Shown: positions 18,359 through 27,812 of the stretch, in pieces
Numbering within the stretch: the first letter of the stretch is position 1
Layout: every line of letters starts with the position of its first letter
From: Candidatus Dormiibacterota bacterium
Lineage (GTDB): Bacteria > Chloroflexota > Dormibacteria > Aeolococcales > Bog-877
Direction of reading: 5' to 3'
DNA: 64,000 nt
Assembly (NCBI GenBank): GCA_027313505.1
Contig: DAHVDN010000007.1
Coordinates: 14,110-78,109 of the forward strand
Notes under the pieces: generated by a model
What the model saw: only the letters and a program-made list of their open reading frames with translations
Told to the model about the DNA's origin: nothing
The model's database searches: none
Position numbers and translations under genes: made by a program

Positions 18359-21022
18359 ATGGCCAAGACTTTTTCCACGGATCCGCTTGGGGTGCGGCAG
18401 CGCCTGGGGGGGGGAGGCCCCTTCTACTTCAGTCTGGCCCGCCTCGAGGCCCAGGGAGTCGCCGACCCAGCTTCTTTGCCCATCACCGTCAAGATCTGGT
18501 TGGAGATGCTGCTGCGTCAGGCTGGCGGCGCCCATGTGAGCGTTGACGATGCTCTCACCATGGCTCGCTGGAGCGGGGCATCCAGCTCCGACCAGGAGTT
18601 CCCATTCTTCCCCTCCCGGGTCCTGCTCCAGGACTTCACCGGAGTCCCGGCAGTGGTTGATCTCGCCGCGATGAGGGCCGCGATGGCACGTCATGGGGGT
18701 GACGCTGGGCGCATCGACCCGCTGGTGGACGCCGACCTCGTCATCGACCATTCGGTCCAAGTGGACGCCTTCGGCAGCTCTCGGGCGTACGGCGTCAACT
18801 TGGAGCGTGAATACGAGCGCAACTCCGAACGCTACAGCCTCCTGAGGTGGGCTCAACAGGCGTTCCACGGCTTTAGGGTGGTACCTCCCGGGATGGGGAT
18901 CGTGCACCAGGTCAATCTGGAATACCTGGGGCGCGTGGTCGCCGTCAAGGAGATGAATGGAGAGATCACAGCTATCCCCGACACCCTTGTGGGGACCGAC
19001 TCCCACACCACCATGATCAACTCGCTGGGTGTCCTGGGATGGGGCGTTGGCGGCATAGAGGCTGAGGCAGCGATGCTGGGGCAGCCAATGCTGCTGGGCA
19101 TGCCCACGGTGATCGGTGTTCACTTCACGGGCCGCCTGCCCGCCGGCGTCACCGCAACCGACCTGGTGCTACGGGTGACCCAGTGGCTGCGCGGCCACGG
19201 GGTGGTGAACAAGTTCGTCGAGTTCGCCGGCGACGGCCTCGACAGCCTCTCCTTGGCGGACCGAGCGACCCTGTCCAACATGGCGCCTGAATACGGCGCC
19301 ACAGCGGCCCTATTTCCCGTCGATGCCACAGTCCTGGATTACCTTCGAACCACCGGACGCAGCCCGGAGCTGGTGGAGTTGGTCGAGAGATACACCATGG
19401 CCCAGGGTCTGTTTCGGAGGTCCGGTGACCCTCTGGCCCAGTACAGCGAACTCCTGGAACTGGACCTCGGATCCATCGAACCCAGCGTGGCTGGGCCCAA
19501 GCGTCCCCAGGACCGGGTTTCCTTGGGGAACACCAACCAGAGCTTCGTGGCGAGCTTCACCCCTCAGCGACCACCCGCCTCGCAACCCGGGACGGAGGTG
19601 CTTGAGGATGGTTCGGTAGTCATAGCCGCCATCACCTCCTGCACCAACACCTCAAACCCGGGAGTGATGGTCGCAGCGGGCCTTCTGGCGCAGAAGGCTG
19701 TCGCCAGAGGCCTGAAGCCTCCGGCCTATGTAAAGACCAGCATGGCGCCTGGGTCCCGAGTGGTGAGCGACTATCTCACCAAGGCGAAGCTGCTCGAGCC
19801 GCTGGCGGAGCTGGGCTTTGACATAGTCGGATACGGCTGCACGACCTGTATCGGAAACAGCGGACCACTGCCGGACGAGGTGGCCGAAGTGGTCCGACGG
19901 GAGAACCTCAGTGTGGCTGCCGTACTCAGCGGCAATCGGAACTTTGAAGGACGCATCCACCCCCAGGTTCGCGCGGCCTATTTGGCCTCGCCACCTTTGG
20001 TGGTGGCGTTCGCTCTGGCTGGGACGGTTCGGCGCGACCTCACCAAGGAACCGCTGGGGGTGGACCGAGACGGCAATCCCGTGTATCTCAGCGAGCTCTG
20101 GCCCACCTCCCAGGAGATCTCAGATTTGATTCGTGAGGCGGTGCTTCCGGAGTTCTTCCACCGCGAGTACGAGCGCATCTTCAATGGCGACGAACACTGG
20201 AAGGGAATGGCCTCCCCGACCGGACCGACCTACGCTTGGAGCGACTCTTCGACGTACATTCGCGAAGTTCCGCTTTTCGAGGATATGCCAGCCACCCCCC
20301 ATCCGGTGGCAGACATCAAGGAGGCCAGAGTTCTGGCGCTTTTGGGCGATTCGATCACTACCGATCACATCTCCCCGGCCGGCTCAATTGCCATGGACAG
20401 TCCGGCAGGCAGGTACCTTACAGAGCAGGGAGTGGAGACCCGGGACTTCAACAGCTACGGCTCGCGCCGGGGCAACCACGAAGTCATGATTCGGGGGACC
20501 TTCGCAAACGTTCGGCTGCGCAACCGACTGGCCGGGGAGCGCGAGGGGGGGGTTACCACCCATCAACCTGACGGCGAGGAGATGACGATCTTCGAGGCTT
20601 CGGAGCTCTATCGTTCCCAGGGGGTTCCACTGCTGGTGATCGGTGGCAAGGAATATGGGTCAGGAAGTTCCCGTGACTGGGCTGCCAAGGGTACGACTCT
20701 GCTCGGGGTGCGGGCGGTTTTGGTCGAGAGCTTTGAGCGGATTCACAGGAGCAACCTGGTCGGGATGGGAGTGGTCCCGCTTCAATTTCTGCCGAGACAG
20801 TCCGCGGCTACTCACCAGCTGGACGGGACCGAGCGCTACAGCCTGCTGGATCTTGACCAGAGTCTTTCTCCCGGAGCAACTGTCGAGTTGCTTGTGACCT
20901 CGAGGGATGGTTCGACTCGAAGGGTCCCGGTCATCATTCGGGTGGACAACGTAACCGAGGTCGAATATTTGCGCCACGGTGGCGTGCTCCCCATGGTCCT
21001 GCGGCAGTTCCTAACAACCTAG
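18359..21022 (+). CDS. acnA: Aconitate hydratase A
   Basis: About 888 aa with aconitase family motifs (GTDSHTTMIN, CTNTSNP, SGNRNFEGR). AAGGGGG RBS before the ATG at 18359; a GTG lies at 18353. Confidence 0.95.
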   Translation: MAKTFSTDPLGVRQRLGGGGPFYFSLARLEAQGVADPASLPITVKIWLEMLLRQAGGAHVSVDDALTMARWSGASSSDQEFPFFPSRVLLQDFTGVPAVVDLAAMRAAMARHGGDAGRIDPLVDADLVIDHSVQVDAFGSSRAYGVNLEREYERNSERYSLLRWAQQAFHGFRVVPPGMGIVHQVNLEYLGRVVAVKEMNGEITAIPDTLVGTDSHTTMINSLGVLGWGVGGIEAEAAMLGQPMLLGMPTVIGVHFTGRLPAGVTATDLVLRVTQWLRGHGVVNKFVEFAGDGLDSLSLADRATLSNMAPEYGATAALFPVDATVLDYLRTTGRSPELVELVERYTMAQGLFRRSGDPLAQYSELLELDLGSIEPSVAGPKRPQDRVSLGNTNQSFVASFTPQRPPASQPGTEVLEDGSVVIAAITSCTNTSNPGVMVAAGLLAQKAVARGLKPPAYVKTSMAPGSRVVSDYLTKAKLLEPLAELGFDIVGYGCTTCIGNSGPLPDEVAEVVRRENLSVAAVLSGNRNFEGRIHPQVRAAYLASPPLVVAFALAGTVRRDLTKEPLGVDRDGNPVYLSELWPTSQEISDLIREAVLPEFFHREYERIFNGDEHWKGMASPTGPTYAWSDSSTYIREVPLFEDMPATPHPVADIKEARVLALLGDSITTDHISPAGSIAMDSPAGRYLTEQGVETRDFNSYGSRRGNHEVMIRGTFANVRLRNRLAGEREGGVTTHQPDGEEMTIFEASELYRSQGVPLLVIGGKEYGSGSSRDWAAKGTTLLGVRAVLVESFERIHRSNLVGMGVVPLQFLPRQSAATHQLDGTERYSLLDLDQSLSPGATVELLVTSRDGSTRRVPVIIRVDNVTEVEYLRHGGVLPMVLRQFLTT

Positions 21023-21026
21023 CCGT

Positions 21027-22064
21027 GTGATCCAACTCAGTCAGGCTTCTCCAGCTCGGCGGATCCTGCTCGGCAAGGGAGCGCTTGCGGAGCTTCCGGC
21101 GGAGGTGGACCGCTCCGGAATGACCAAAGTGGTGCTGGTGACAAGTTCGACGCTCGCCCATTCCTCCCAGGTTGTCAGCCAGGTCGAGCTCCTCCTGGCC
21201 GGGCCTCATCAGGCCACGTTCACTGGAGTGGGTCAACACACACCCCGGAGCGCGGTCCTTCAATTGGAGGACCTACTGGAGCAGACTGGGGCAGATGGGG
21301 TCGTAAGCCTGGGGGGCGGGAGCGTAATTGACGGCTGCAAGGCTGCGATTCACGATCGGGGTGCTAACACCATCGCCCACCTGGCGATTCCGACCACTCT
21401 GTCAGGCGCGGAGTTCACCGCCTCGGCCGGGGTGACCGACGATGAGAGCCGCCGGAAGCAGGGACAGGTCGATCCGGAATCCGCGCCCCAGCGAGTGATT
21501 CTTGACCCTGCGGCCACCCTGGCTACCCCGGTGAACCTCTGGCTCTCCTCGGGGATCCGCGCCCTCGATCACGCCGTGGAGACGCTGTGGGCACCGGAGC
21601 AGGATCCCCTCACATCATTTCTGGCGCAGGAATCTATTCGACGCCTTTTGAAATTTTTAGCGGAGTGCAAGCAGCGGCCCGACGGGCTCGAAGCTCGGCA
21701 CGGCGCCCAGATAGCCGCTTGGTGGGCGGCCCTCGGTCTGGCGAGCACCACTATGGGCCCAAGTCACCAGCTGGGCCGAATCCTCGGGGCCACCTTCGGT
21801 ATCCCTCACGGGATCACATCCTGCGTCTTTCTTCCGGCGACAATCGACTACTTCGCCGCGAACCGGCCAGCCCTGGTCACTCCCATGGTGGACCCGTTTG
21901 GGGTGTCCGAGGCGTCAGCCGTCGGCCCGGCGGTCAAAGCGTTCATTGAGAGCTTGGGCCTCCCAACATCCCTTATGACTGCAGGTCTCGACAAGGAGGA
22001 GCTCCCGCACTTCCTGGGTCTGGTACCTGCCGAGTGGCACCAGATCGTGAACGCCTGCCGCTGA
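21027..22064 (+). CDS. Iron-containing alcohol dehydrogenase-family oxidoreductase (maleylacetate reductase-like)
   Basis: GGGSVIDGCKA NAD-binding glycine motif. GTG start 5 nt after the acn stop. Confidence 0.75.
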   Translation: MIQLSQASPARRILLGKGALAELPAEVDRSGMTKVVLVTSSTLAHSSQVVSQVELLLAGPHQATFTGVGQHTPRSAVLQLEDLLEQTGADGVVSLGGGSVIDGCKAAIHDRGANTIAHLAIPTTLSGAEFTASAGVTDDESRRKQGQVDPESAPQRVILDPAATLATPVNLWLSSGIRALDHAVETLWAPEQDPLTSFLAQESIRRLLKFLAECKQRPDGLEARHGAQIAAWWAALGLASTTMGPSHQLGRILGATFGIPHGITSCVFLPATIDYFAANRPALVTPMVDPFGVSEASAVGPAVKAFIESLGLPTSLMTAGLDKEELPHFLGLVPAEWHQIVNACR

Positions 22065-22079
22065 AGGGGTTTGAGCTGG

Positions 22080-22991
22080 CTATTGTCGGGGAGTGCCGGC
22101 GAGGTGCTGGGGCCGAGGCCGGTCGACCACCCGGGTGGCCAGGACCGATCCGATCAGGATCATGCCAAACCCAGCCGCAGTGCCGACTCCAACCCGCTCG
22201 TGAAGGAGGGTCACCCCTAGGAGCACCGCGACTGCGGGATTTACATAGGTGATCACCGTGGCGCGAATGGCGCCTACTTCGGCAATGAGCTGAAAGAGGA
22301 GTAAGAAGGCGACGGCGGTACAGACCACACCCAGGGTCCCGATCGCCGCCAAGACACTGGGGTGCGGCCACCGCCGAGGTGCCAGCAGGACGCCCGCCGG
22401 CAGGTACGCCAGGGCGCAGACCGCCAGGGAGCTAGCTACCACCCCCAATCCGGAAAGATGGGAGAGATATCTGGAGAGGAGCTGGGGACCGCTGGCGTAG
22501 CACAGGACAACCACAGCCATCTCCAACGCGGGCACGGCGCTGACGGAGCTGAGGTCGAGCCCAAGTACTGCCCCAACGCCGACGAGCCCGACCAAGAGCC
22601 CCAGTAGCTGCGGCCTTGAGGGTCGCTCGCCCTTCCCTGCTCTAAGCACAATCAAAGACCCAACCAATGGGACCGCCGCAACCAGAAGGCCGGAAAGTGA
22701 ACTAGAAAGGTGAGTCTCAGCGTCAGACAGCAGCACCCATGGAACGGCAATCTCGATCGCGCTGTAGGCCAGCAACGGGCGCCAGGATTTCAGCACTGGC
22801 CAAAGCTGACCGCGGTAGACCGCCAGCGGCACCAGAATCACCGCTCCAATTGCCGTCCTCGCGAAGACCAGTGCTGGCGGGGACACGTCGGCAACAGAAA
22901 CGCGAATCAGGAGGTAGGGCACACCCCAGATGACGCACATCGCCAAGAAGAGAGCCCAACCGCGCCGGCTCAATCGCGGCGCCCTGCCCAA
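22080..22991 (-). CDS. DMT (EamA-like) family transporter
   Basis: Ten TM segments arranged as two 5-TM halves. Confidence 0.8.
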   Translation of the reverse strand: MGRAPRLSRRGWALFLAMCVIWGVPYLLIRVSVADVSPPALVFARTAIGAVILVPLAVYRGQLWPVLKSWRPLLAYSAIEIAVPWVLLSDAETHLSSSLSGLLVAAVPLVGSLIVLRAGKGERPSRPQLLGLLVGLVGVGAVLGLDLSSVSAVPALEMAVVVLCYASGPQLLSRYLSHLSGLGVVASSLAVCALAYLPAGVLLAPRRWPHPSVLAAIGTLGVVCTAVAFLLLFQLIAEVGAIRATVITYVNPAVAVLLGVTLLHERVGVGTAAGFGMILIGSVLATRVVDRPRPQHLAGTPRQ

Positions 22992-23066
22992 CGCCTCATC
23001 GGGAGACGGGAGGTGCGCTCAGGTCGGCCATGGGATCTGGACCAGCATGGCCGGGAAAGCCTTAGG

Positions 23067-23141
<75 letters not shown>

Positions 23142-23198
23142 CGGATTGGGAATGAAGCTGAACAGGTCCGACCGGTCCTGGGTCACCTGAGACTCAGA

Positions 23199-23516
23199 CT
23201 ACTCGTCCTCGTCGCCGATGGTGAACATCAGCCCATCCTGGACGTCATATAGGGCGTCCATCCACTCCGCGATGGTCACCTCCTCAGCACGCCCCCGCCC
23301 GAGGGGATGACCCTCCCGAGCCAGGAGCCTGCGGCACTGGGTCCGAAGTGGCGTCGGAACCACCACCTCTTCGACAATGTTGAGCTGCTCGAGCTCGTTC
23401 AGCAGTCGGTCAATGAAGAGGATCTTGTTGCGGCGGGCGTTGCGCTCACGGCGAGTGAGGTGGTCGACCTCGTAGAGCTTGGAGATCTCGTGGGAGGTTT
23501 CAGCGATGGTGGGCAA
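23199..23516 (-). CDS. Hypothetical small acidic protein
   Basis: 105-aa ORF of normal composition; no motif recognised. Confidence 0.45.
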   Translation of the reverse strand: MPTIAETSHEISKLYEVDHLTRRERNARRNKILFIDRLLNELEQLNIVEEVVVPTPLRTQCRRLLAREGHPLGRGRAEEVTIAEWMDALYDVQDGLMFTIGDEDE

Positions 23517-23802
23517 AGTCGATCCCTTGAAGTGAAAGCGGTGTGGACGAGCGCTCAGCGCTCAACTCTTGTTGGCGGAATATCTGCTCCCATCCTAGAT
23601 CGCCTAGTCACGATCGTCAAGGCTTGGATGCAGTCCTGGCGGCCCGTAATCCGGCCGACCCCGAACCCGACCGCGCCCACCCTGGCCAAACCCTCCTGCG
23701 GCCCGCCCGACCCGACCCGGTCCGACGTCGACTGAGTCCCCCCCTGAATGTGCGTGGTCGAGTAACGACCACAGGGTACGGTTGGGCCGGTGGAAGATCG
23801 GC

Positions 23803-24051
23803 TCAACCCGGCCGTCGGCCACCAGGGCGGCCTCGGCGCTGCTCGCCCCGATGCCGATAGCTAAGCTCCAGCACCAACTGTTCCACCGCGGACCGCGCCT
23901 CCACGACGCGGTCGAGGCACGGGTCATCCACCGCCATCGCTTTCGACATCAGGGTGTCTAGGCGCCGCTGGACGGAGCGAGCGTCCCGCAACAGCTCCCC
24001 GGTGCGTCGGCTGACGGACGCATCATCGTCACCCTCTCCGCTCTCAGGCAC
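23803..24051 (-). CDS. Hypothetical small protein (weak)
   Basis: 82-aa ORF between birA and the upstream hypothetical; composition borderline. Confidence 0.2.
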   Translation of the reverse strand: MPESGEGDDDASVSRRTGELLRDARSVQRRLDTLMSKAMAVDDPCLDRVVEARSAVEQLVLELSYRHRGEQRRGRPGGRRPG

Positions 24052-24087
24052 ATATCCCAGCCTAACTGCCGGAGTGACGAGTTGCCA

Positions 24088-24861
24088 TCAGAGAGGGCCC
24101 CGGACTTCCAGACGCAGTGCCCCCTCCCGTACCTGGGCGAGATCACCGGCCGCAACTCTGGTCTCCACTCCGTGCTTCTCCAGGCGCAGGGTGCCATCGG
24201 CGGCCACCCCAAGGAGCACACCCGATAGTCGGCTCGATGGCAGAGAGACCTCGACATCCATGCCCAACCAGGCCATGCGGCTCTGCCACGGGGCCCACAT
24301 GGCCGAAAAGCCTCCCTGCAGCCACTGCCGATATCGGCGCTCCAGATGGATGAGGAGACTCAGCGCCAGCTCTGTGACGTCGACCGGCTTTCCCTGCAGG
24401 TCGAGGGCCGTGGCCCGGGGGCCTGGCAGGCAAGCCACCGGCAGTCCCGACCAGGCGACATTGCACCCGACCCCGAGGGCCACCCCAGCCGGCGCCATCG
24501 GGCCCTGTACCACCCCCTCGACCAGCAGCCCTGCGATCTTCTGCCCGTTCACCAGGCAATCGTTGGGCCACTTCAGTTGGACGGACGGGCCCCCGGCGGC
24601 TTCGATTCCCTCTGCGACGGCGAGCCCAGCCGCCAGGGCTAGGGTTTCGTCGCCCCATGAGGACCCGGGTGGGCGCCATAGCAGGGAGAACATCAGGGAA
24701 GTTCCGGTCGGCGCGACCCAGCGCCTTCCCGCTCGCCCCCTCCCCGCCGCTTGGAACTCAGCGAAGACGATGAGCCCCTCCGGTGCCCCGGCAGCGATGG
24801 CTCGGAGCACCAGGTCCTGGGTGCTGGCAACTCTGGACTCAAAGCGGGTGTCGAGGCGCAT
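24088..24861 (-). CDS. birA: Biotin--[acetyl-CoA-carboxylase] ligase (group I, no DNA-binding domain)
   Basis: GRGRAGRRW biotin-binding loop. Start set at Met (complement of 24859-24861), giving 258 aa; the track ORF 24088..25116 extends further 5'. Confidence 0.8.
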   Translation of the reverse strand: MRLDTRFESRVASTQDLVLRAIAAGAPEGLIVFAEFQAAGRGRAGRRWVAPTGTSLMFSLLWRPPGSSWGDETLALAAGLAVAEGIEAAGGPSVQLKWPNDCLVNGQKIAGLLVEGVVQGPMAPAGVALGVGCNVAWSGLPVACLPGPRATALDLQGKPVDVTELALSLLIHLERRYRQWLQGGFSAMWAPWQSRMAWLGMDVEVSLPSSRLSGVLLGVAADGTLRLEKHGVETRVAAGDLAQVREGALRLEVRGPL

Positions 24862-24960
24862 GCCTGCGGCTGACAGCAGCCGCCGAAGTCGAGCAGGGTC
24901 CAGCTTCGCTTGCTCGCGCCGTGAGATTGGTGTTCCTCCTATCCGGCAGTATCTGAAGTC

Positions 24961-25512
24961 GTGGGTACTCCCGTATACTGCCGCCTCGTGGAGAACTGGG
25001 AGCGGATCGAGCTCTTCAGCTCCTTCCTCAAGTTGACCGGAGACATCGAGGTCGTGCCACCGCTGCGGCTGACCGATGTGGTCAACCGGATGACGGAGTA
25101 TATGGAGGTGCGCCAACTGACGTTGGAGCCGCTGGCTAGCACCTATCCCGTCATCAGTACCGTTGAGGAAGCGGCCATGCTCTCCAAGCGATCAATCCTC
25201 ATAATCGCGCCCGTGGGTGAGAGCAGCGCCGACATGGGCGGCCGACGGGCGCTCCTCGAGCAGAAGGTCGCCCACCAGGTAGCTCTGACCATTGACACCT
25301 TCTCCCTGGTTTGCGAGGTATTTTTGGAGCCTCGCCTGAGTTTGCGGGAGACGCTGGAGCGCAGTGTGGACGACTTCCTAGCGGTGAGGAACCTCAACGC
25401 CGTCTGGCTCCCGGCGCTCACCCACGAGCGGGTCACCATCCAACGCCCCTTCGCCTTGGTGCACCCCCGGCAAATCCTCAGCTTCTCAGAGCGGGGGGCC
25501 GCATCTCTTTGA
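24961..25512 (+). CDS. Hypothetical protein
   Basis: Normal composition; ends 10 nt before the NUDIX gene (operon-like spacing); no family recognised; start uncertain. Confidence 0.45.
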   Translation: MGTPVYCRLVENWERIELFSSFLKLTGDIEVVPPLRLTDVVNRMTEYMEVRQLTLEPLASTYPVISTVEEAAMLSKRSILIIAPVGESSADMGGRRALLEQKVAHQVALTIDTFSLVCEVFLEPRLSLRETLERSVDDFLAVRNLNAVWLPALTHERVTIQRPFALVHPRQILSFSERGAASL

Positions 25513-25522
25513 GCCGCCCGGG

Positions 25523-26311
25523 ATGACTGACCTGGGCAAGAGCGTGGCGCGCGACGCTGCCACCGTAGTCCTGCTCCGGCCCCCCCAAGCTCCCGGATCC
25601 GGCCCCCAGGTTCTGTTGCTAGGCCGGCCCGCGAGCGCAAAGTTCGCGCCGGGCACCCAGGTGTTTCCCGGGGGCTCGGTGGATTATGCCGACTCGGATC
25701 CGGCTTGGGCACACCTGCTTGATCCGAACGCCGCCAGCTCCGAATCGCAGACCACAGAGCCCAGACTCAAGCTCGCGGCCATACGGGAGACATTCGAGGA
25801 ATGCCAGGTCCTCCTCGCGCGCGGTCCTGACGGCGCGCCATGCACAGCGGCCCAGCTCGCGGCCGTGGAGGCGGTCCGCCCACGGCTGCGCTCTGGGGAC
25901 CCATCCGCACTGAGGACGGCGTTCGAGTCTGTGGGCCTGCGGCCCGACCTGGACGGGCTTGTGTTCTGCGCTCATTGGATCACCCCAGAGGGGCTTCCCC
26001 GGCGGTTTGACACTCGATTTTTCCTCGCCCCTTTGCCGCCGGGACAGAATCCACAGCCGGACCCACTCGGCGAGCATAGCTCCCTGCGTTGGGTAGACCC
26101 GGGCATCGCGCTGGAGGAGGCCCGACAGGGCATCTGTCAGATGTTGCCGCCGACCCGGGCCGTCCTCGCCCAGGTCGCCTCCGCGCGCTCTCTGGAAGAG
26201 GCGCTGGCGATCGCCAGAGAGACCTCAGTGATCACGATTCAGCCCCGGCTCGAAGAGGTGAACCCTGAGCGATACCCAGGCTTGGACCTGGCGACGCTGC
26301 GCGGGCACTAA
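25523..26311 (+). CDS. NUDIX hydrolase
   Basis: Nudix box ...AAIRETFEECQVLL (REx2EE). Confidence 0.8.
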   Translation: MTDLGKSVARDAATVVLLRPPQAPGSGPQVLLLGRPASAKFAPGTQVFPGGSVDYADSDPAWAHLLDPNAASSESQTTEPRLKLAAIRETFEECQVLLARGPDGAPCTAAQLAAVEAVRPRLRSGDPSALRTAFESVGLRPDLDGLVFCAHWITPEGLPRRFDTRFFLAPLPPGQNPQPDPLGEHSSLRWVDPGIALEEARQGICQMLPPTRAVLAQVASARSLEEALAIARETSVITIQPRLEEVNPERYPGLDLATLRGH

Positions 26312-26313
26312 GG

Positions 26314-27108
26314 GTGACCCCCGCAGAGATACTTCTGGTGAGGGCTCCGAATCCCAGTCCCATGACCGGGCTCGGGACCAACACCTGGGTCTTCGGCAGC
26401 GGCGAGGCCCTGGTGATCGACCCTGGCCCGCTCGAGGAAGGACACCTAACCCGAGTGGTGCGGGAGTGTCGTCAGATCGGTCGGGTCGTGGCCGTGATCT
26501 TAACCCATCATCACTCTGACCACCGGGAGGGAGCGAAGCGCCTCTGCGAGCTGACAGGGGCGCCGCTGGCGCTTTACCACGACCGGGCCCGAGGCGCCGG
26601 GGATCTGCCGCTCCACCACGGTGACCGACTGATCGCCGGTCGAGCCGAGCTCCAGGTGCTGCATACACCCGGGCACGCCTCCGACCACATCTGCCTCCTA
26701 GGCCAAGCCGACCGTGTGCTGTTCACGGGGGACCACATTCTCTCGGGTACAACCAGCGTCATTTGGCCACCGGATGGAGACATGGATGCCTACATGCGAT
26801 CCCTGGAGTTGATCCAGCACTTAGAAGTTGATCGCTTGCTGCCAGGCCACGGCGAGATCATCGAAGACCCACAAGCGGCAATCTCCGAGCTCATCGAGCA
26901 TCGCCTTGATCGGGAGCGCCAGATCCTTGAACGAATTCGGCAAGGAGCCAGCACCCCTCAGGCGATTGTCGCCTCCCTCTACTCGGGCTACCCAGATGAG
27001 CTCTTAGAAGCGGCCAGTAAGACAGTTCTGGCCCACTGCCTGAAACTGGTGACGATGGGGAAGGTGCACCAGATTGGGTCCGCGGATTCACCGGCCTTTG
27101 AGGTTTAG
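26314..27108 (+). CDS. MBL-fold metallo-hydrolase
   Basis: THHHSDHREG (HxHxDH) and downstream His/Asp ligands. Confidence 0.85.
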   Translation: MTPAEILLVRAPNPSPMTGLGTNTWVFGSGEALVIDPGPLEEGHLTRVVRECRQIGRVVAVILTHHHSDHREGAKRLCELTGAPLALYHDRARGAGDLPLHHGDRLIAGRAELQVLHTPGHASDHICLLGQADRVLFTGDHILSGTTSVIWPPDGDMDAYMRSLELIQHLEVDRLLPGHGEIIEDPQAAISELIEHRLDRERQILERIRQGASTPQAIVASLYSGYPDELLEAASKTVLAHCLKLVTMGKVHQIGSADSPAFEV

Positions 27109-27812
27109 GCGCCCGGCGAGGTATCGCGGACTCAAACAAACCATTTGAAGTACCCCTTTGGAGTTTGACCCGGTTGGTGCTCGCGTCGATGGTCTTGGCC
27201 CGCACCAACAGTTGGAGTTCTGGTGCCACAGCCAGGCCCGCAGCTAGTCGAATAGTTGAGTTGATTGGTGGAGCTGGAGCCCGCGTTGTTGACGGCCCTG
27301 CCGGTGATCTGCTAGGACCACCTCCAGGGCAACGACGAAGTCGGCGCCTTCCCTGCTCCAGGACGCGACCGCTTTCGGCAACGCTCTCCGACCTCACCAA
27401 TGCCAGACAGGATGCGGGGTGACTCTCTCGGGGATACCTTTCTGTCCGGGCGGCTCCTCGCCAGCCGGCGGCGAGATGGATCGGCTCAGGCCCCTCGATC
27501 ACATCACCGTTGCCAGCGATCTTCGGGTGGGGACAATCCGAGCGTGTCCTGTGATCGACTGTCGCGAAACCGTCGATGATCGCAACCGCGGGGCGGGGGC
27601 CAGCGTCCATCCACTCTGGACTGCTAGCTCCACCGGCAGCCGCTCCTTGACGCCGTGGGCCGGGGTGCGCGCTACAGGACCGTGGTCGTCACGGTCAGCC
27701 GCACGAGGCCCCGCTGCAGCTCGCGTTGCAAAACCAGGGAAGTCAACCGCGTTGGCCGGGCCACCAAATGCCAGGCCCACCGCGGCCGATCCAGATCTTC
27801 AGCGGCACACCC

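Noticed and set aside
18173-19123. 316-aa minus-strand ORF
   Set aside because: Antisense to the 5' end of the aconitase gene, which carries unambiguous motifs.
23954-25036. 360-aa plus-strand ORF
   Set aside because: Antisense to birA, whose GRGRAGRRW biotin-binding loop is unambiguous; composition is S/R/P/A-rich.
25143-25712. 189-aa minus-strand ORF
   Set aside because: R/S-rich and overlaps both the 24961-25512 hypothetical and the NUDIX gene on the opposite strand.
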